Assembly: GCA_965203175.1 (NCBI GenBank)
Contig: OZ241867.1
Span: forward strand, 480,001-544,000
DNA from: Candidatus Latescibacterota bacterium
Lineage (GTDB): Bacteria > Latescibacterota > UBA2968 > UBA8231
DNA: 64,000 bases
Direction: 5' to 3'
Shown here: piece by piece, positions 30,282 through 39,977 of the stretch
Position numbering within the stretch: position 1 is the first letter of the stretch
Layout of the letters: the number at the start of each line of letters is the position of its first letter
Translations under genes and position numbers: made by a program
Notes under the pieces: model-generated
What the model was told of the DNA's origin: nothing
What the model saw: the letters and a program-made list of their open reading frames with translations, nothing else
The model's database searches: none

Positions 30282-32054
30282 ATGACAGCTAGAATCCTCG
30301 CCGCCCTCCTCCTCTTCGCCCTACCCATTCAAGCCAAAACTCGGATCGAAGCGGCCTATGAAGCCGGCGAACTCGATTTGGAGACGGCCCTGATCTACCA
30401 AGTCCTCAGCGTGCGTGCGCCCGACCAACTGCCAGCCATTTACCGAGAGTCCGGCGGGCTGGCGGTTTGTGGAACCCCACACTTAGTCCAAGCCATGAGC
30501 GCGGCTCCAAGCTTGAGCGCCGAGTTCCAAGCGCGCTTGGGCAAGCTGGTGAAAGACCGGCCGGATGCCCAGCACAATCTCCTCTCGCCATCGGGACACT
30601 TTCGCGTCCACTACGATACCGAAGGAGTCAACGCGGTCTCGCGCAAGGATGCTGATACCAACGGCATTCCAGACTACATCGACCTCACTCTCGCCATCCT
30701 CGACAGCACTTGGGTACGCGAAATTGAACAACTCGGCTACAACCCGCCTCTTTCGGACAATGGCCTGGGCGGTGGCGACGAATACGACGTTTATATTGTT
30801 GAGCTAGGAGTCGGCAGGAGTTTTTATGGGTTCGCCTATCCTGGGACGTCCGGTGCAACCACCTACAGCCACCTCGAAATCGACAACAACTTTACCGACC
30901 CAGGCTACAAGCAGACCCGCGGACTGGACGCCCTGCGCGTGACCATCGCCCACGAGTTCCACCACGCCATCCAGTTTGGCTACTACGCGACATTCGACGG
31001 CAGTTGGTGGCAGGAGTCAACCTCGACTTGGATGGAGGAAGTGGTCTATCCGCAGATTGACGATTATCTCCAGTATTTGACCTACTTCCTCGGCGAACCC
31101 CAACGCGCCCTCAACTCCGGCCCTTATCAAAGCCTCCACACCTACGGCTCCGCGATCTTTTCTCTCTTCCTCGATCAGCACTACGGCCGCGAGCTCAACC
31201 GCCTGATCTGGGAAGAAGTGGGCCAGCGCAAAAGCGTCAATCTCGATCATTTCGACCGCGTCATCCGCCAAGTCGAGCCGGGCGGATTGGGCGTTGTCAT
31301 GAGCGAATTTGCCGTGTGGAACTATTTCACCGGCACTCGCCACCGCGACGAATACTATGCCGAAGCAGACAAATACCCGTTCGTCCCCACCCGCGACATC
31401 GCCGTCGATGCCGAAGCGGTCACCCGCGACACCAGCTTAGTCGATGCCACCGGCAGCGTCTATCTGCGCCTTGAGCCGCAACTGCGTCCAGGCGGAGTCG
31501 ATCTGTTCTTTGACGCCAACCAAGGGGCGTGGCGTCGCCACTTGCTCTTAGTCGGTCCAGACAGCGTCTCCGTGCAGCTAGTCTCCGAGCCGACGATCCG
31601 CGTCAGCGGCTGGGATCAGTTCGACGAGGTCGTCCTCGTCGCCACCTCGGCTGAGCGCACCGGCTTGGCCTACCAGCACCTCTTCACCGCGCAATTCGAT
31701 CCCGACCTGACCGACGTGCCGGTCGCTTCGGCCACTAATTTCCCCAACCCGTTCCACCCAGCCGCTTTGGCCGCCAACTACCCCAACCCATTCCGCCCCG
31801 GCCAACACCCGTATACTCGGTTGGCGTTCGCGCTAGCTGTCCCCAGCAGAAAAACCCACCTGTCGATCTTTACCGCCAACGGTACGCTCATCTGGGAGCA
31901 AGACTTAGGCCCGCGCCGGGCGAGCGCAAACCACGCCGTGCTGTGGGATGGGCGCAACCTCGCTGGCAACCTCGTAGCCAGCGGCATCTATCACCTACTG
32001 CTCGAAACCGACGGCACGGCGGCCAAACGCACGCTAGCGGTGGTGCGCGATTGA
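30282..32054 (+). CDS. Secreted zinc metalloprotease (MXAN_6640-like) with a C-terminal FlgD/T9SS-like domain
   Basis: Signal peptide, CGT, HFRVHY, HEFHHAIQ (HExxH), WWQESTSTWME; C-terminal NYPNPF...WDGRNLAGNLVASGIY. Confidence 0.82.
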   Translation: MTARILAALLLFALPIQAKTRIEAAYEAGELDLETALIYQVLSVRAPDQLPAIYRESGGLAVCGTPHLVQAMSAAPSLSAEFQARLGKLVKDRPDAQHNLLSPSGHFRVHYDTEGVNAVSRKDADTNGIPDYIDLTLAILDSTWVREIEQLGYNPPLSDNGLGGGDEYDVYIVELGVGRSFYGFAYPGTSGATTYSHLEIDNNFTDPGYKQTRGLDALRVTIAHEFHHAIQFGYYATFDGSWWQESTSTWMEEVVYPQIDDYLQYLTYFLGEPQRALNSGPYQSLHTYGSAIFSLFLDQHYGRELNRLIWEEVGQRKSVNLDHFDRVIRQVEPGGLGVVMSEFAVWNYFTGTRHRDEYYAEADKYPFVPTRDIAVDAEAVTRDTSLVDATGSVYLRLEPQLRPGGVDLFFDANQGAWRRHLLLVGPDSVSVQLVSEPTIRVSGWDQFDEVVLVATSAERTGLAYQHLFTAQFDPDLTDVPVASATNFPNPFHPAALAANYPNPFRPGQHPYTRLAFALAVPSRKTHLSIFTANGTLIWEQDLGPRRASANHAVLWDGRNLAGNLVASGIYHLLLETDGTAAKRTLAVVRD

Positions 32055-33985
32055 CACCTTCGCCCCCGCGCCGCGTCTCCCTCCGCGCCATTGCCATCGG
32101 GGCCCTCGGCTGCCTTGCCATCGCCGTGGGCGAACCTTTCGGCGTCATGGTGATGCGCAGCTCGCCCATGGCCGCCGACTACTCGACCGGCGCGGCCCTG
32201 TTCTTGTTTTTTCTTTTCACCTTGCTCATCAACCCGCTCGCCAAATTACTCACCGGCACCAGCTTGCACACCGGCGAGTTGGCCACCGTGTACATAATGA
32301 TGGTCGTGGGAGCCGCCATTCCCTCTTGGGGCCTGACCATGAACCTGATTCCGCTCCTCGGCGGGTTCTTTTACTACGCCACCCCGGAAAACGACTGGGC
32401 CAATACCATCCAGCCCTACATATCACAACTCTTCGTGCCGGAAGACAGCGCGGCCATCCAAAAACTGTTCGAAGGCATGGCCCAAGGCGAACGCATCCCT
32501 TGGGGAGCTTGGGCGACGCCGCTTATGGCGTGGAGCCTGTTTGCTATCAACATGTACTTCACCACGCTGTGCGTGCTCGTCGTGCTGCGCAAGCAATGGG
32601 TCGAGCGCGAGCGACTCAACTTCCCGCTGGCCACCCTACCCATAGAAATGAGCGCCCGCGACAAGGACCAAGCCATCGCGCCTTTTTACCGCAATTACCT
32701 GACCTGGATTGGCTTTGCCATTCCCGCGCTCATCAGCTCGGTCAACGCCCTGCACCGCTACTTCAACTTCATCCCCTGGATTGACCTCAACCTCTGGGTG
32801 CCCTTTTTGCGCCACTCCATCGGGGTCAACTTCCGCCCGCACTTTGAGGTCATCGGCCTCTCCTACTTGCTCAACCTCGACATCTCCATGGGCGTGTGGT
32901 TCTTCGCCATGCTCAACATGCTGGCCATTGGCTTGTTCCGCATGACGGGGTGGAACATCGGCCCGGAGCAGCCCTATTCTTCGCCCTCTCCGCCCAGCCT
33001 CGCCCACATCGCCCTCGGCGCATTGTTCTTTCTCGTGCTGTCCAGCTTGTGGAGCGGTCGGCAGCACTTGCGCCAAGTCTGGCGCAAGGCCCTGCGCGGC
33101 GACGACTCCATCGACGACAGTGGGGAATTGCTCCCGTACCGCGTCGCGGTCTTTGGCTTTATCGTCAGCTTTTCCCTCGGCCTGTTCGCGCTCTACGCCA
33201 CCAACATGAACCTGCCGACCGCCTTTGTCTTTCAGTTGTCGGCCCTCGTGATCTTCGTCGGCTTGGCGCGCATCATCTCGCAGGCCGGGCTGGCCTATTG
33301 CCGTGCTCCGGTAGCTCCGGCCGTGTTTACCGTCAACACCCTCGGGTCATCGTCGGTGGGAGCCCCGGGCCTGACGGCGCTGGCGCTCAACTTCCCGTGG
33401 TCTGCCGACATCCGCACCTTCGTCATGGCCTCGGCCGCTACGGGCCTCAAGCTGGCGGAAGTGACGCGCTTAGAGTACCGGCGCGTGTTCTGGGCCATTG
33501 CCGCAGCCATTGTCGTCACCCTCGCCGGCTCAATCACCGCGATCATCCACCTCGCGTACACCTATGGGGGCATCAACTTGAGCGGTTGGCAATTCGGCTA
33601 TATGACGATCTATACTGGCAACTGGATCACCAACAACATCAACAACATGCAGCCCACCCACGTTTGGCATTTGTCCTTTGCCGGCCTCGGCGCATTCTTG
33701 ATGGGCCTGTTGACATTTATCAAAAACCGCTTCGTCGGCTTTCCCATCCACCCCATCGGCTTGGCCATCGGGCTGCCGCATCCCGTGCAGCTAATCTGGC
33801 CGTCGGTTTTTTTCGCTTGGCTGCTCAAGGCGCTCATTCTCAAATACGGCGGTCCCCGGCTCTACACGCGCTTGCGCCCGTTCTTTTTGGGGCTAGTGCT
33901 AGGCGCGTTCGGCTCAGCCGGGTTGTGGATCCTCATCGACCTCTGCACCGGCATGACGGGCAACCGGCTGATCAACATCGGCTAA
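32051..33985 (+). CDS. DUF6785/DUF6784-like polytopic membrane protein (possible OPT-related transporter)
   Basis: ELATVY, YYATPENDW, IPWGAW, RKQWVERERLNFPL, FPIHPIG, KYGG...Y...PFFLGL motifs; TTG start overlapping the upstream TGA. Confidence 0.75.
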   Translation: MTPSPPRRVSLRAIAIGALGCLAIAVGEPFGVMVMRSSPMAADYSTGAALFLFFLFTLLINPLAKLLTGTSLHTGELATVYIMMVVGAAIPSWGLTMNLIPLLGGFFYYATPENDWANTIQPYISQLFVPEDSAAIQKLFEGMAQGERIPWGAWATPLMAWSLFAINMYFTTLCVLVVLRKQWVERERLNFPLATLPIEMSARDKDQAIAPFYRNYLTWIGFAIPALISSVNALHRYFNFIPWIDLNLWVPFLRHSIGVNFRPHFEVIGLSYLLNLDISMGVWFFAMLNMLAIGLFRMTGWNIGPEQPYSSPSPPSLAHIALGALFFLVLSSLWSGRQHLRQVWRKALRGDDSIDDSGELLPYRVAVFGFIVSFSLGLFALYATNMNLPTAFVFQLSALVIFVGLARIISQAGLAYCRAPVAPAVFTVNTLGSSSVGAPGLTALALNFPWSADIRTFVMASAATGLKLAEVTRLEYRRVFWAIAAAIVVTLAGSITAIIHLAYTYGGINLSGWQFGYMTIYTGNWITNNINNMQPTHVWHLSFAGLGAFLMGLLTFIKNRFVGFPIHPIGLAIGLPHPVQLIWPSVFFAWLLKALILKYGGPRLYTRLRPFFLGLVLGAFGSAGLWILIDLCTGMTGNRLINIG

Positions 33986-35010
33986 CCGTGGTCGATGCCG
34001 AGCTTGATCGAACGCTCGGGATGCTGGTCAATCTCTTGATAGGCGTCAGCGGCTGCGGCAAAGGGCACGATCGGATCGATGAGATCGTCGGCTTGCAAAC
34101 GCCCTTCGACCAACAGGGCCAGCGACTCCGCGCGGATGCGGGCGAAATTCCAGCTCGCCTGCGGCAATGGCTCGCTGTTGGCGCGGCTGGAGATGACCTG
34201 AATGCGGTTGCGGTGCCACTCGCCGGCCAAGCGCAAACCCTGCTCCCCGTGGTAATACGCGGTCGAGACCAAGGTGCCAGCGTAGCAAGTCGCGCGCATG
34301 GCGTCTTCAAACGCGCGGTAGGAACCGCTCGTCTCAAAGGCGATGTCCGCGCCGATTTTGTCGGTGTGCTGCTTGATCTCCAAGCCAGCGTCCATGGCCA
34401 CCGGATCCAGCGCCAAGTCCGCGGCGTGGCGCAGGGCCGCGGCGCGGCGGCGCTCAATGGGATCGACGACCGCCACCCAGCGCGCACCGCACAGCCGCGC
34501 GGCCTGTGCAACCATCAGCCCAATGGCACCGAGTCCGAAGACGGCGACGCGATCCCCCAAGCGCACCGCGCCATCGCGCACCGCACCCACAGCAAAGTCG
34601 GCCGGATCCCAATACATAATGGCTTGCGGCGAGATTCTGTCGGGAGCCTTTTGCACGCGCGCCGCCGCTACAGTGTGCGTCTCGCGGATGGGCAAATGCG
34701 CGAAGACCCGGTCGCCTTCTCGCAGCGTGGAGACCTCGGCACCTACTTCGATGACCGAGCCCAAGCACATGTTGCCGAGGCGACGGGGGAAACCACTAGC
34801 TGCGGATTCGCCGCGGCGGTGCAAGCGCAGTTCGCCGTCCCAGCGGTCGGAAGCGTCGGGCGTGTCGGCGCGGAAACCGCGCAACTCAGTTCCGTGCTTG
34901 ACCGAGCTGAAGAGGCTTTGGACGCGGATTTCATCCGGGGCTAAGGGCGGTTCTTGGTACGAGCTGAGGACCGCGTGACCGGGGCGGTCGGCAATCAATT
35001 CGAGTGGCAT
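33982..35010 (-). CDS. MDR family dehydrogenase lacking the canonical Zn ligands
   Basis: SSVKHGTE and GNM in place of GHE; GLGAIG Rossmann motif. Confidence 0.85.
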   Translation of the reverse strand: MPLELIADRPGHAVLSSYQEPPLAPDEIRVQSLFSSVKHGTELRGFRADTPDASDRWDGELRLHRRGESAASGFPRRLGNMCLGSVIEVGAEVSTLREGDRVFAHLPIRETHTVAAARVQKAPDRISPQAIMYWDPADFAVGAVRDGAVRLGDRVAVFGLGAIGLMVAQAARLCGARWVAVVDPIERRRAAALRHAADLALDPVAMDAGLEIKQHTDKIGADIAFETSGSYRAFEDAMRATCYAGTLVSTAYYHGEQGLRLAGEWHRNRIQVISSRANSEPLPQASWNFARIRAESLALLVEGRLQADDLIDPIVPFAAAADAYQEIDQHPERSIKLGIDHG

Positions 35011-35110
35011 GAGGTAAACTCCTGAGAAAGGTTAAGCCGCGTTGACGTAGACAGGCGTTTGCAACCCGCCCCTGCCAACGCATATTTGTCAACATAACCT
35101 GATTAATAAA

Positions 35111-36220
35111 ATGAACGCCTACCAACACTTCGTCCGCCCCCTCCTGTTCCACTGTGATCCAGAGCGCATCCACGAGCAAACCCTCGCGCTTGCCGAGCGA
35201 GTCGGTTCTTCCGCGCTTGGCCGCCATCTGCTTGCCAGTCTCTTTGCCTTTGCAGACGCGCGGTTGACGACCCAAGTGGGCGGCTTACACTTTGCCAATC
35301 CGCTGGGCATGGCCGCGGGGTTCGACAAAAACGGCCGGGTGATCCAAGCGCTTGCGGCCATGGGCTTTGGATTCGTGGAGGTGGGATCGGTATCGGCGCA
35401 TCCTTCGGCTGGGAATCCGCGGCTGCGCTTGTTCCGCCTGCCATTGGACGAGGCCATTGTGGTCAACTACGGAGTGCCCAATGACGGAGCCGCAATCGTG
35501 GCAGATCGCGTGTCCCAGCGGCCAATCGCCGCACCCTTGGGGATCAACCTAGTCGAAACCAATACTGGGCAGGCCATCGAGCCAGATGCGGTCGTGGCGG
35601 AGCTAGCCGCGGCTCTAGTGCCCTTTGTGGGGCGAGCCGACTACATTGCGTTCAACCTCAATTGTCCGAACACGACCGGCGGCGTCAGTCCCTTTACCAG
35701 CGGGGAGCACTTGCGCGACTTGCTGCGGGAATGCGCTGCCGTCGACGACCTGCCCCCAATCTTTCTCAAGCTCACGGCGCACACCGACTCGGCGCGGCTG
35801 GACTGGATGCTGGAGACGGTTGACCCTTTTGCCTTCGTCAAGGGCTTCATCTTCAACCTGCCGCCGGGAACGAATTATCCGCTCAAGTCGCCAGCCCATC
35901 TCCTGGCTTCACTGCCCGGGACCTTGTGCGGCCGACCCGTTCAAGCCCTGATCGACGAAACCGTGCGCTTTTGGTATGGGCGCATCGACCGCCAGCGGCA
36001 CGCGATTATCGGCGTGGGAGGGATTTCATCGGCCTGCGACGCATACCGCAAAATTCGCCTCGGAGCTTCGCTGGTGCAGCTATACTCAGCGCTGGTCTTC
36101 AGGGGGCCGGGAGTCGTGCGGCAAATCAACGTGGGGCTAGCACACCTGTTGGAGCGCGATGGATTTGCCCAAGTGGCAGACGCGGTCGGCATCGACAACC
36201 AAGCAAAAGCAGCGGTGTAG
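35111..36220 (+). CDS. pyrD: Quinone-dependent dihydroorotate dehydrogenase-like flavoprotein (divergent active site)
   Basis: DPERIHE, GMAAGFDKNG, GNPRLRLFRL, IIGVGGI and GASLVQLYS motifs; several substrate-binding motifs altered (see findings). Confidence 0.7.
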   Translation: MNAYQHFVRPLLFHCDPERIHEQTLALAERVGSSALGRHLLASLFAFADARLTTQVGGLHFANPLGMAAGFDKNGRVIQALAAMGFGFVEVGSVSAHPSAGNPRLRLFRLPLDEAIVVNYGVPNDGAAIVADRVSQRPIAAPLGINLVETNTGQAIEPDAVVAELAAALVPFVGRADYIAFNLNCPNTTGGVSPFTSGEHLRDLLRECAAVDDLPPIFLKLTAHTDSARLDWMLETVDPFAFVKGFIFNLPPGTNYPLKSPAHLLASLPGTLCGRPVQALIDETVRFWYGRIDRQRHAIIGVGGISSACDAYRKIRLGASLVQLYSALVFRGPGVVRQINVGLAHLLERDGFAQVADAVGIDNQAKAAV

Positions 36221-36226
36221 CCATAC

Positions 36227-37114
36227 CTACCGAATGCGGGGATTGATCTGCAAATCCCACGCGCGCCAGTAGTACTTGAGCGGGTCGTCTGCGTCCCACT
36301 TGGCGTAAAGGTCTTCCCAATCCGTAAAGTGCATGTGCGGCTCCAGCGAGTCTTCGCGGACGGGGTGGCTCATGGGCTGGTAGCGATAGTCGAGCGAAAT
36401 GCGCAGGCGGTCGCCACTTTCGTTGTCTTGGCCCTGATGCGCCGTCAGACTGTGGCATATAAGCACATCGCCGGCGACAAAATCGCCGCCCGCCCACAAC
36501 GTGTCCTCGGGCAGCATCACGGCATGGCCTCCCGCGCCGGTCGCCTGTTTAACGTCTAGCTGGCCCAGCTTGTGGCTGCCCGGTGCCACCGCCAAACTGC
36601 CTAGCGTGGTCGGACAGTCGCCGGCCGGGATCCACGCGGTCCACGTCTCATCGGTGCCGCCGATGTAGAAATTGTCCTGGTGCGGCGGGGTGGTGTGAGT
36701 CAGGGCGTTGGGAAAAATTACCCGGCAGATATTGCGGCTGTGGGGCAGGGCATCCTCGCCGAAGAGCGTGGCAAACATCCCCAAGATCGCCGGATGCAGC
36801 GCCAAAGCGTTGAAGGCACGCAACCGCTGGACATCCGTGTAAAAGGCGATCCACTCGGGCGAAGTGCCTTCGACGAAAAGCTCTCCGTCGCGCGAGACTC
36901 CATCCATCAAGGGCGCGTCGTCATCAAGCCAACCGTGCTGCTGACAAACTCCGAGGATCTGGCGGCGCAGGTCCAGCACCGACTCTGTATCCAGCAGCGA
37001 GCGAAAGAACAGATAGCCCTGCTCGGCCGCGCGTTCGCTCAAGGCGTCGGGCGCGTCGAGCAGGGGGGTGGAATCGACAAAAGGTTCGACGTTGGTCATG
37101 GTTTGCTGGGCCAT
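36227..37114 (-). CDS. Phytanoyl-CoA dioxygenase (PhyH) family Fe(II)/2OG enzyme
   Basis: GYLFFR, PHQD (HxD), TAWIP, GSH, GDVLICHSLTAH, RISLDYRY motifs; start ATG 37114 with a GAGGAG RBS. Confidence 0.9.
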   Translation of the reverse strand: MAQQTMTNVEPFVDSTPLLDAPDALSERAAEQGYLFFRSLLDTESVLDLRRQILGVCQQHGWLDDDAPLMDGVSRDGELFVEGTSPEWIAFYTDVQRLRAFNALALHPAILGMFATLFGEDALPHSRNICRVIFPNALTHTTPPHQDNFYIGGTDETWTAWIPAGDCPTTLGSLAVAPGSHKLGQLDVKQATGAGGHAVMLPEDTLWAGGDFVAGDVLICHSLTAHQGQDNESGDRLRISLDYRYQPMSHPVREDSLEPHMHFTDWEDLYAKWDADDPLKYYWRAWDLQINPRIR

Positions 37115-37118
37115 TGAA

Positions 37119-37571
37119 TCACTCCTCTTCTTTGTCCCAAAAAGCGTGTAAGATGGCGATGTACTCGTCGGAAAGTCCGTGCTCAATCGCACCCTGGATG
37201 ACGGCGTTGAGATATTCCTCCGAGGGCGGATAGTGGTGTCCAGCGTCGAGCCGGGGGAGATACGTCCAAACTTCGCCAAACCCAGGTATCGTTATCTCAT
37301 CCCGCCGGTACTTGGTGCCCTCGCTTTCGTAGTGGTCGAGGCGTCTGAAGTCGTCCTCAGTCATTGCATAGACAACGCCTTCGACGTACGCGTCCTCGTT
37401 GGGCCGGATACTGGCCACGCCCATGCCGCTGCGCGTAAAGGAAATCATCGGGAAACACAGCTCGTAACCTTCCAGGCGCACCACAGAGTGGACGCGGGCA
37501 CCTGGACAGCGGGCCTGCATCTGGCTTTGGAGCAAGTTGGACCCATAGGCGAAGTAGAGCATTTCGGCCAT
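37119..37571 (-). CDS. Gamma-glutamylcyclotransferase (AIG2-like)
   Basis: YFAYGSNL...RCP, VEGVVY, LDHYE, PSEEYL motifs. Confidence 0.9.
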   Translation of the reverse strand: MAEMLYFAYGSNLLQSQMQARCPGARVHSVVRLEGYELCFPMISFTRSGMGVASIRPNEDAYVEGVVYAMTEDDFRRLDHYESEGTKYRRDEITIPGFGEVWTYLPRLDAGHHYPPSEEYLNAVIQGAIEHGLSDEYIAILHAFWDKEEE

Positions 37572-37613
37572 TACCCGACCTCCTTCGGTTGGGGGAGAGC
37601 TATCCCGCGCAAG

Positions 37614-38786
37614 CTACCACCCCTTCCACGAGCCATCGGCGTGCCGGTACTGGCGATAGGCCATCGGCTCGTAGGGCAGCACGGCTAGATCGGCTTCCTT
37701 GACCTCAACGCCGAGGCCGGGCGCGTCGGAGAGGGCAATATGGCCATCCTCAACGCGCCAATCGTGCTCGACATAGCGGTCGTACATCGAAAGCCAGAAG
37801 TGGTTGGTCTCTTGGATGAGAAAATTGCCCATCAGCGCATCGGCTTGTAGGGTCGCCGCCGTGCAGAGGGGGCCACCGGCGTTGTGCGGGGCCATCAGCA
37901 TCTGTTCGGCTTCGGCGGCGCGGGCGATTTCGAGCAGATGCGCGATGCCAAAACAGTGGGTGAGATCCGGCTGCAAATAGGCGCAGGCGCGCTCGGCGAT
38001 TAAGGGATGAAATTGTCCTAACGTAAAGAGCTTCTCGCCGGTGGCGATGGGGACGGGGCTTTTGCGCGTCACTTCCAAAAGGGCCTCCACCGAGCCGGTT
38101 TTGACCGGCTCTTCGAGCAGCAGCGGGCGGCAGACCGCGGTGCGCCGCGCAAATTCGACGCTCATTTCGGGGGTGGGACTACCGTGGGCGTCGAGGAGGA
38201 TGTCGAACCCAGCACCCACTTCCCGCCGCATTGCTTTGACGCAAGCGACCGAATGGTCAATGGCTTCTCCATCCATCGGCCACGTGCGACCCTCCAAGGG
38301 ATTGCCTTTGACGCCGGCAAAGCCCTGGTATTGGATCCGACGCGCGCCCGCGGCGGCTTGTTCCGGCGAGGCAAAGCTGCCGCCGTTGCTATAGACGCGG
38401 ATTTTGTCGCGCCGCTTGCCACCCAGCAGAGTGTGCACCGGCACGCCCCAAGCCTTGCCCGCTAGGTCGTGCAAGGCGGCGTCAATCGCGGCGATGGCCG
38501 TGCCGAAAACCGGACCGCCCTTCCACGGCAGGCGATCTTGGATATCCTCGGTTAATGCGCGATAGTGGAGCGGATCGCGGTCCAAGAGCAACTCTTCCCA
38601 CGCGGCGAGCGTGGCCTCGACCGAGGGCACCAGCCACTCGCCACTGCCCTCGCCCCAGCCACTGAGGCCGACATCCGTCTCGATCTTGAAGAAGAGCCAC
38701 GTCTTGGAAGAACTGGCAATCAGCGCGGCGGTGTCTTGGCCCGTGGGGACGCTGAATTTGTAGGTTTTGGTCGCGGTGATTTTCAC
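37614..38786 (-). CDS. Mandelate racemase / DgoD-like acid-sugar dehydratase
   Basis: GWGE, AIDAALHDLAGK, LLGG..RD, DAHG, EEP, GEK, PHN motifs; C-terminal RHADGS..W. Confidence 0.88.
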   Translation of the reverse strand: MKITATKTYKFSVPTGQDTAALIASSSKTWLFFKIETDVGLSGWGEGSGEWLVPSVEATLAAWEELLLDRDPLHYRALTEDIQDRLPWKGGPVFGTAIAAIDAALHDLAGKAWGVPVHTLLGGKRRDKIRVYSNGGSFASPEQAAAGARRIQYQGFAGVKGNPLEGRTWPMDGEAIDHSVACVKAMRREVGAGFDILLDAHGSPTPEMSVEFARRTAVCRPLLLEEPVKTGSVEALLEVTRKSPVPIATGEKLFTLGQFHPLIAERACAYLQPDLTHCFGIAHLLEIARAAEAEQMLMAPHNAGGPLCTAATLQADALMGNFLIQETNHFWLSMYDRYVEHDWRVEDGHIALSDAPGLGVEVKEADLAVLPYEPMAYRQYRHADGSWKGW

Positions 38787-38874
38787 GGCCGCATCCTCTG
38801 GATTTTGACAAGGAGTGCGGATATAGTACCATTCAGGCTCACCGCACGCAAACCTTCATCTCCTCTGAGGAATC

Positions 38875-39963
38875 ATGGCCCAACAACGCTTTCAACGCAC
38901 CGCACCCAGCGACCTGCTCCGCGTCGGAGTGATCACCGGCCCCGGCGGCCACACCCTCAACATCTGGGGCGAAAAGATGAATCCCCCGCCCGGCGTCCTC
39001 CGCACGACGGGCATGATAATGACCTGCGCTTGGTGCCTCGACGCGGAGATGGGTCAGCGCTTTGCAGAAAAGTACCCCGAGGTCCGCATGGTCGCCGATC
39101 CCCGGGACATGATCGGCCAAATCGACGGAGTGTACATCGACGACATCAACGCGATCTCGCTCTATCCCCTGTTGGCGCGGCCCTTTCTCGAAGCGGGCAT
39201 TCCAACTTTTGTCAATCGTCCCTTTGCCACTTCTATGGCCAAGGGGCGGGAAATGGTGGAAACAGCAGACCAACACGGCACGGCGCTATTGACCGCCTCG
39301 ACGTGGGAGTTTTCCGAGAGTGCGGGCGATTTGCGCGCCAAGGCCGCGGATCTGCCCGACATCAAGGGCTATGTGGCGCACAACTCCATGAGCGATTACT
39401 ACTCTCACGGCCTGCACGGCGTCTGGTACATCCACTCGATTTTGCGCGACGAGATCGCCAAGGGACGGGGCCGACTGCGCGCCGCTGCGTACCACACCCC
39501 CAACTGGCGGGTTCCCGGCGGAATGATCGCCTACGAGCACGAGAGTCCGACGCGCCCGTACTACGGGGCGCTGCACATGAGCTCGGGTGCCGACGGCAAC
39601 GCCTATATGCGGATCTTCGGCGACCACCGAGGCGATGCCGAGGGACGGATTCCGAGTCGGGCCGGCTACTTCATGTACAACGCTTGGAACGCGCTCCAGC
39701 TCGGGATTCAGGAAATGTTCGAGACCGGCCAGTCGCCGGAGACGGGCGAGCAGCTTTTGGAGAAGCTGATGATGTTTCTCCTGCCCTTCTATTCGGCGTT
39801 GGAGCGCGGCGGCGCCATGGTGCAGCGGGAGGAATTGGGCGACTGGGAGGTGCCGCCCCCGTCCGCCGTGCTCATGGAAGACGGCCAGCCGACCGACAGT
39901 GCTTTTGCATCGCCCTACACCCAAGCCCAGCTCACAGAAGCAGCGCAGATGCTGGGAAAATAA
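38875..39963 (+). CDS. Gfo/Idh/MocA-like oxidoreductase (divergent)
   Basis: LRVGVI, IDGVYI, PFLEAGIPTFVNRPFA and YYSHGLH motifs. Confidence 0.7.
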   Translation: MAQQRFQRTAPSDLLRVGVITGPGGHTLNIWGEKMNPPPGVLRTTGMIMTCAWCLDAEMGQRFAEKYPEVRMVADPRDMIGQIDGVYIDDINAISLYPLLARPFLEAGIPTFVNRPFATSMAKGREMVETADQHGTALLTASTWEFSESAGDLRAKAADLPDIKGYVAHNSMSDYYSHGLHGVWYIHSILRDEIAKGRGRLRAAAYHTPNWRVPGGMIAYEHESPTRPYYGALHMSSGADGNAYMRIFGDHRGDAEGRIPSRAGYFMYNAWNALQLGIQEMFETGQSPETGEQLLEKLMMFLLPFYSALERGGAMVQREELGDWEVPPPSAVLMEDGQPTDSAFASPYTQAQLTEAAQMLGK

Positions 39964-39977
39964 AAAGGAAAACACCC

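Noticed and set aside
32896-34944. 682-aa plus-strand ORF
   Set aside because: An off-frame and antisense overlap of two real genes, with Arg/Ala-rich non-protein-like composition.
38565-39977. Apparent 834-aa fusion (long N-terminal extension on the Zn dehydrogenase)
   Set aside because: The extension is an alternative frame over the 38875-39963 gene; the real start is GTG 39978 with an RBS.
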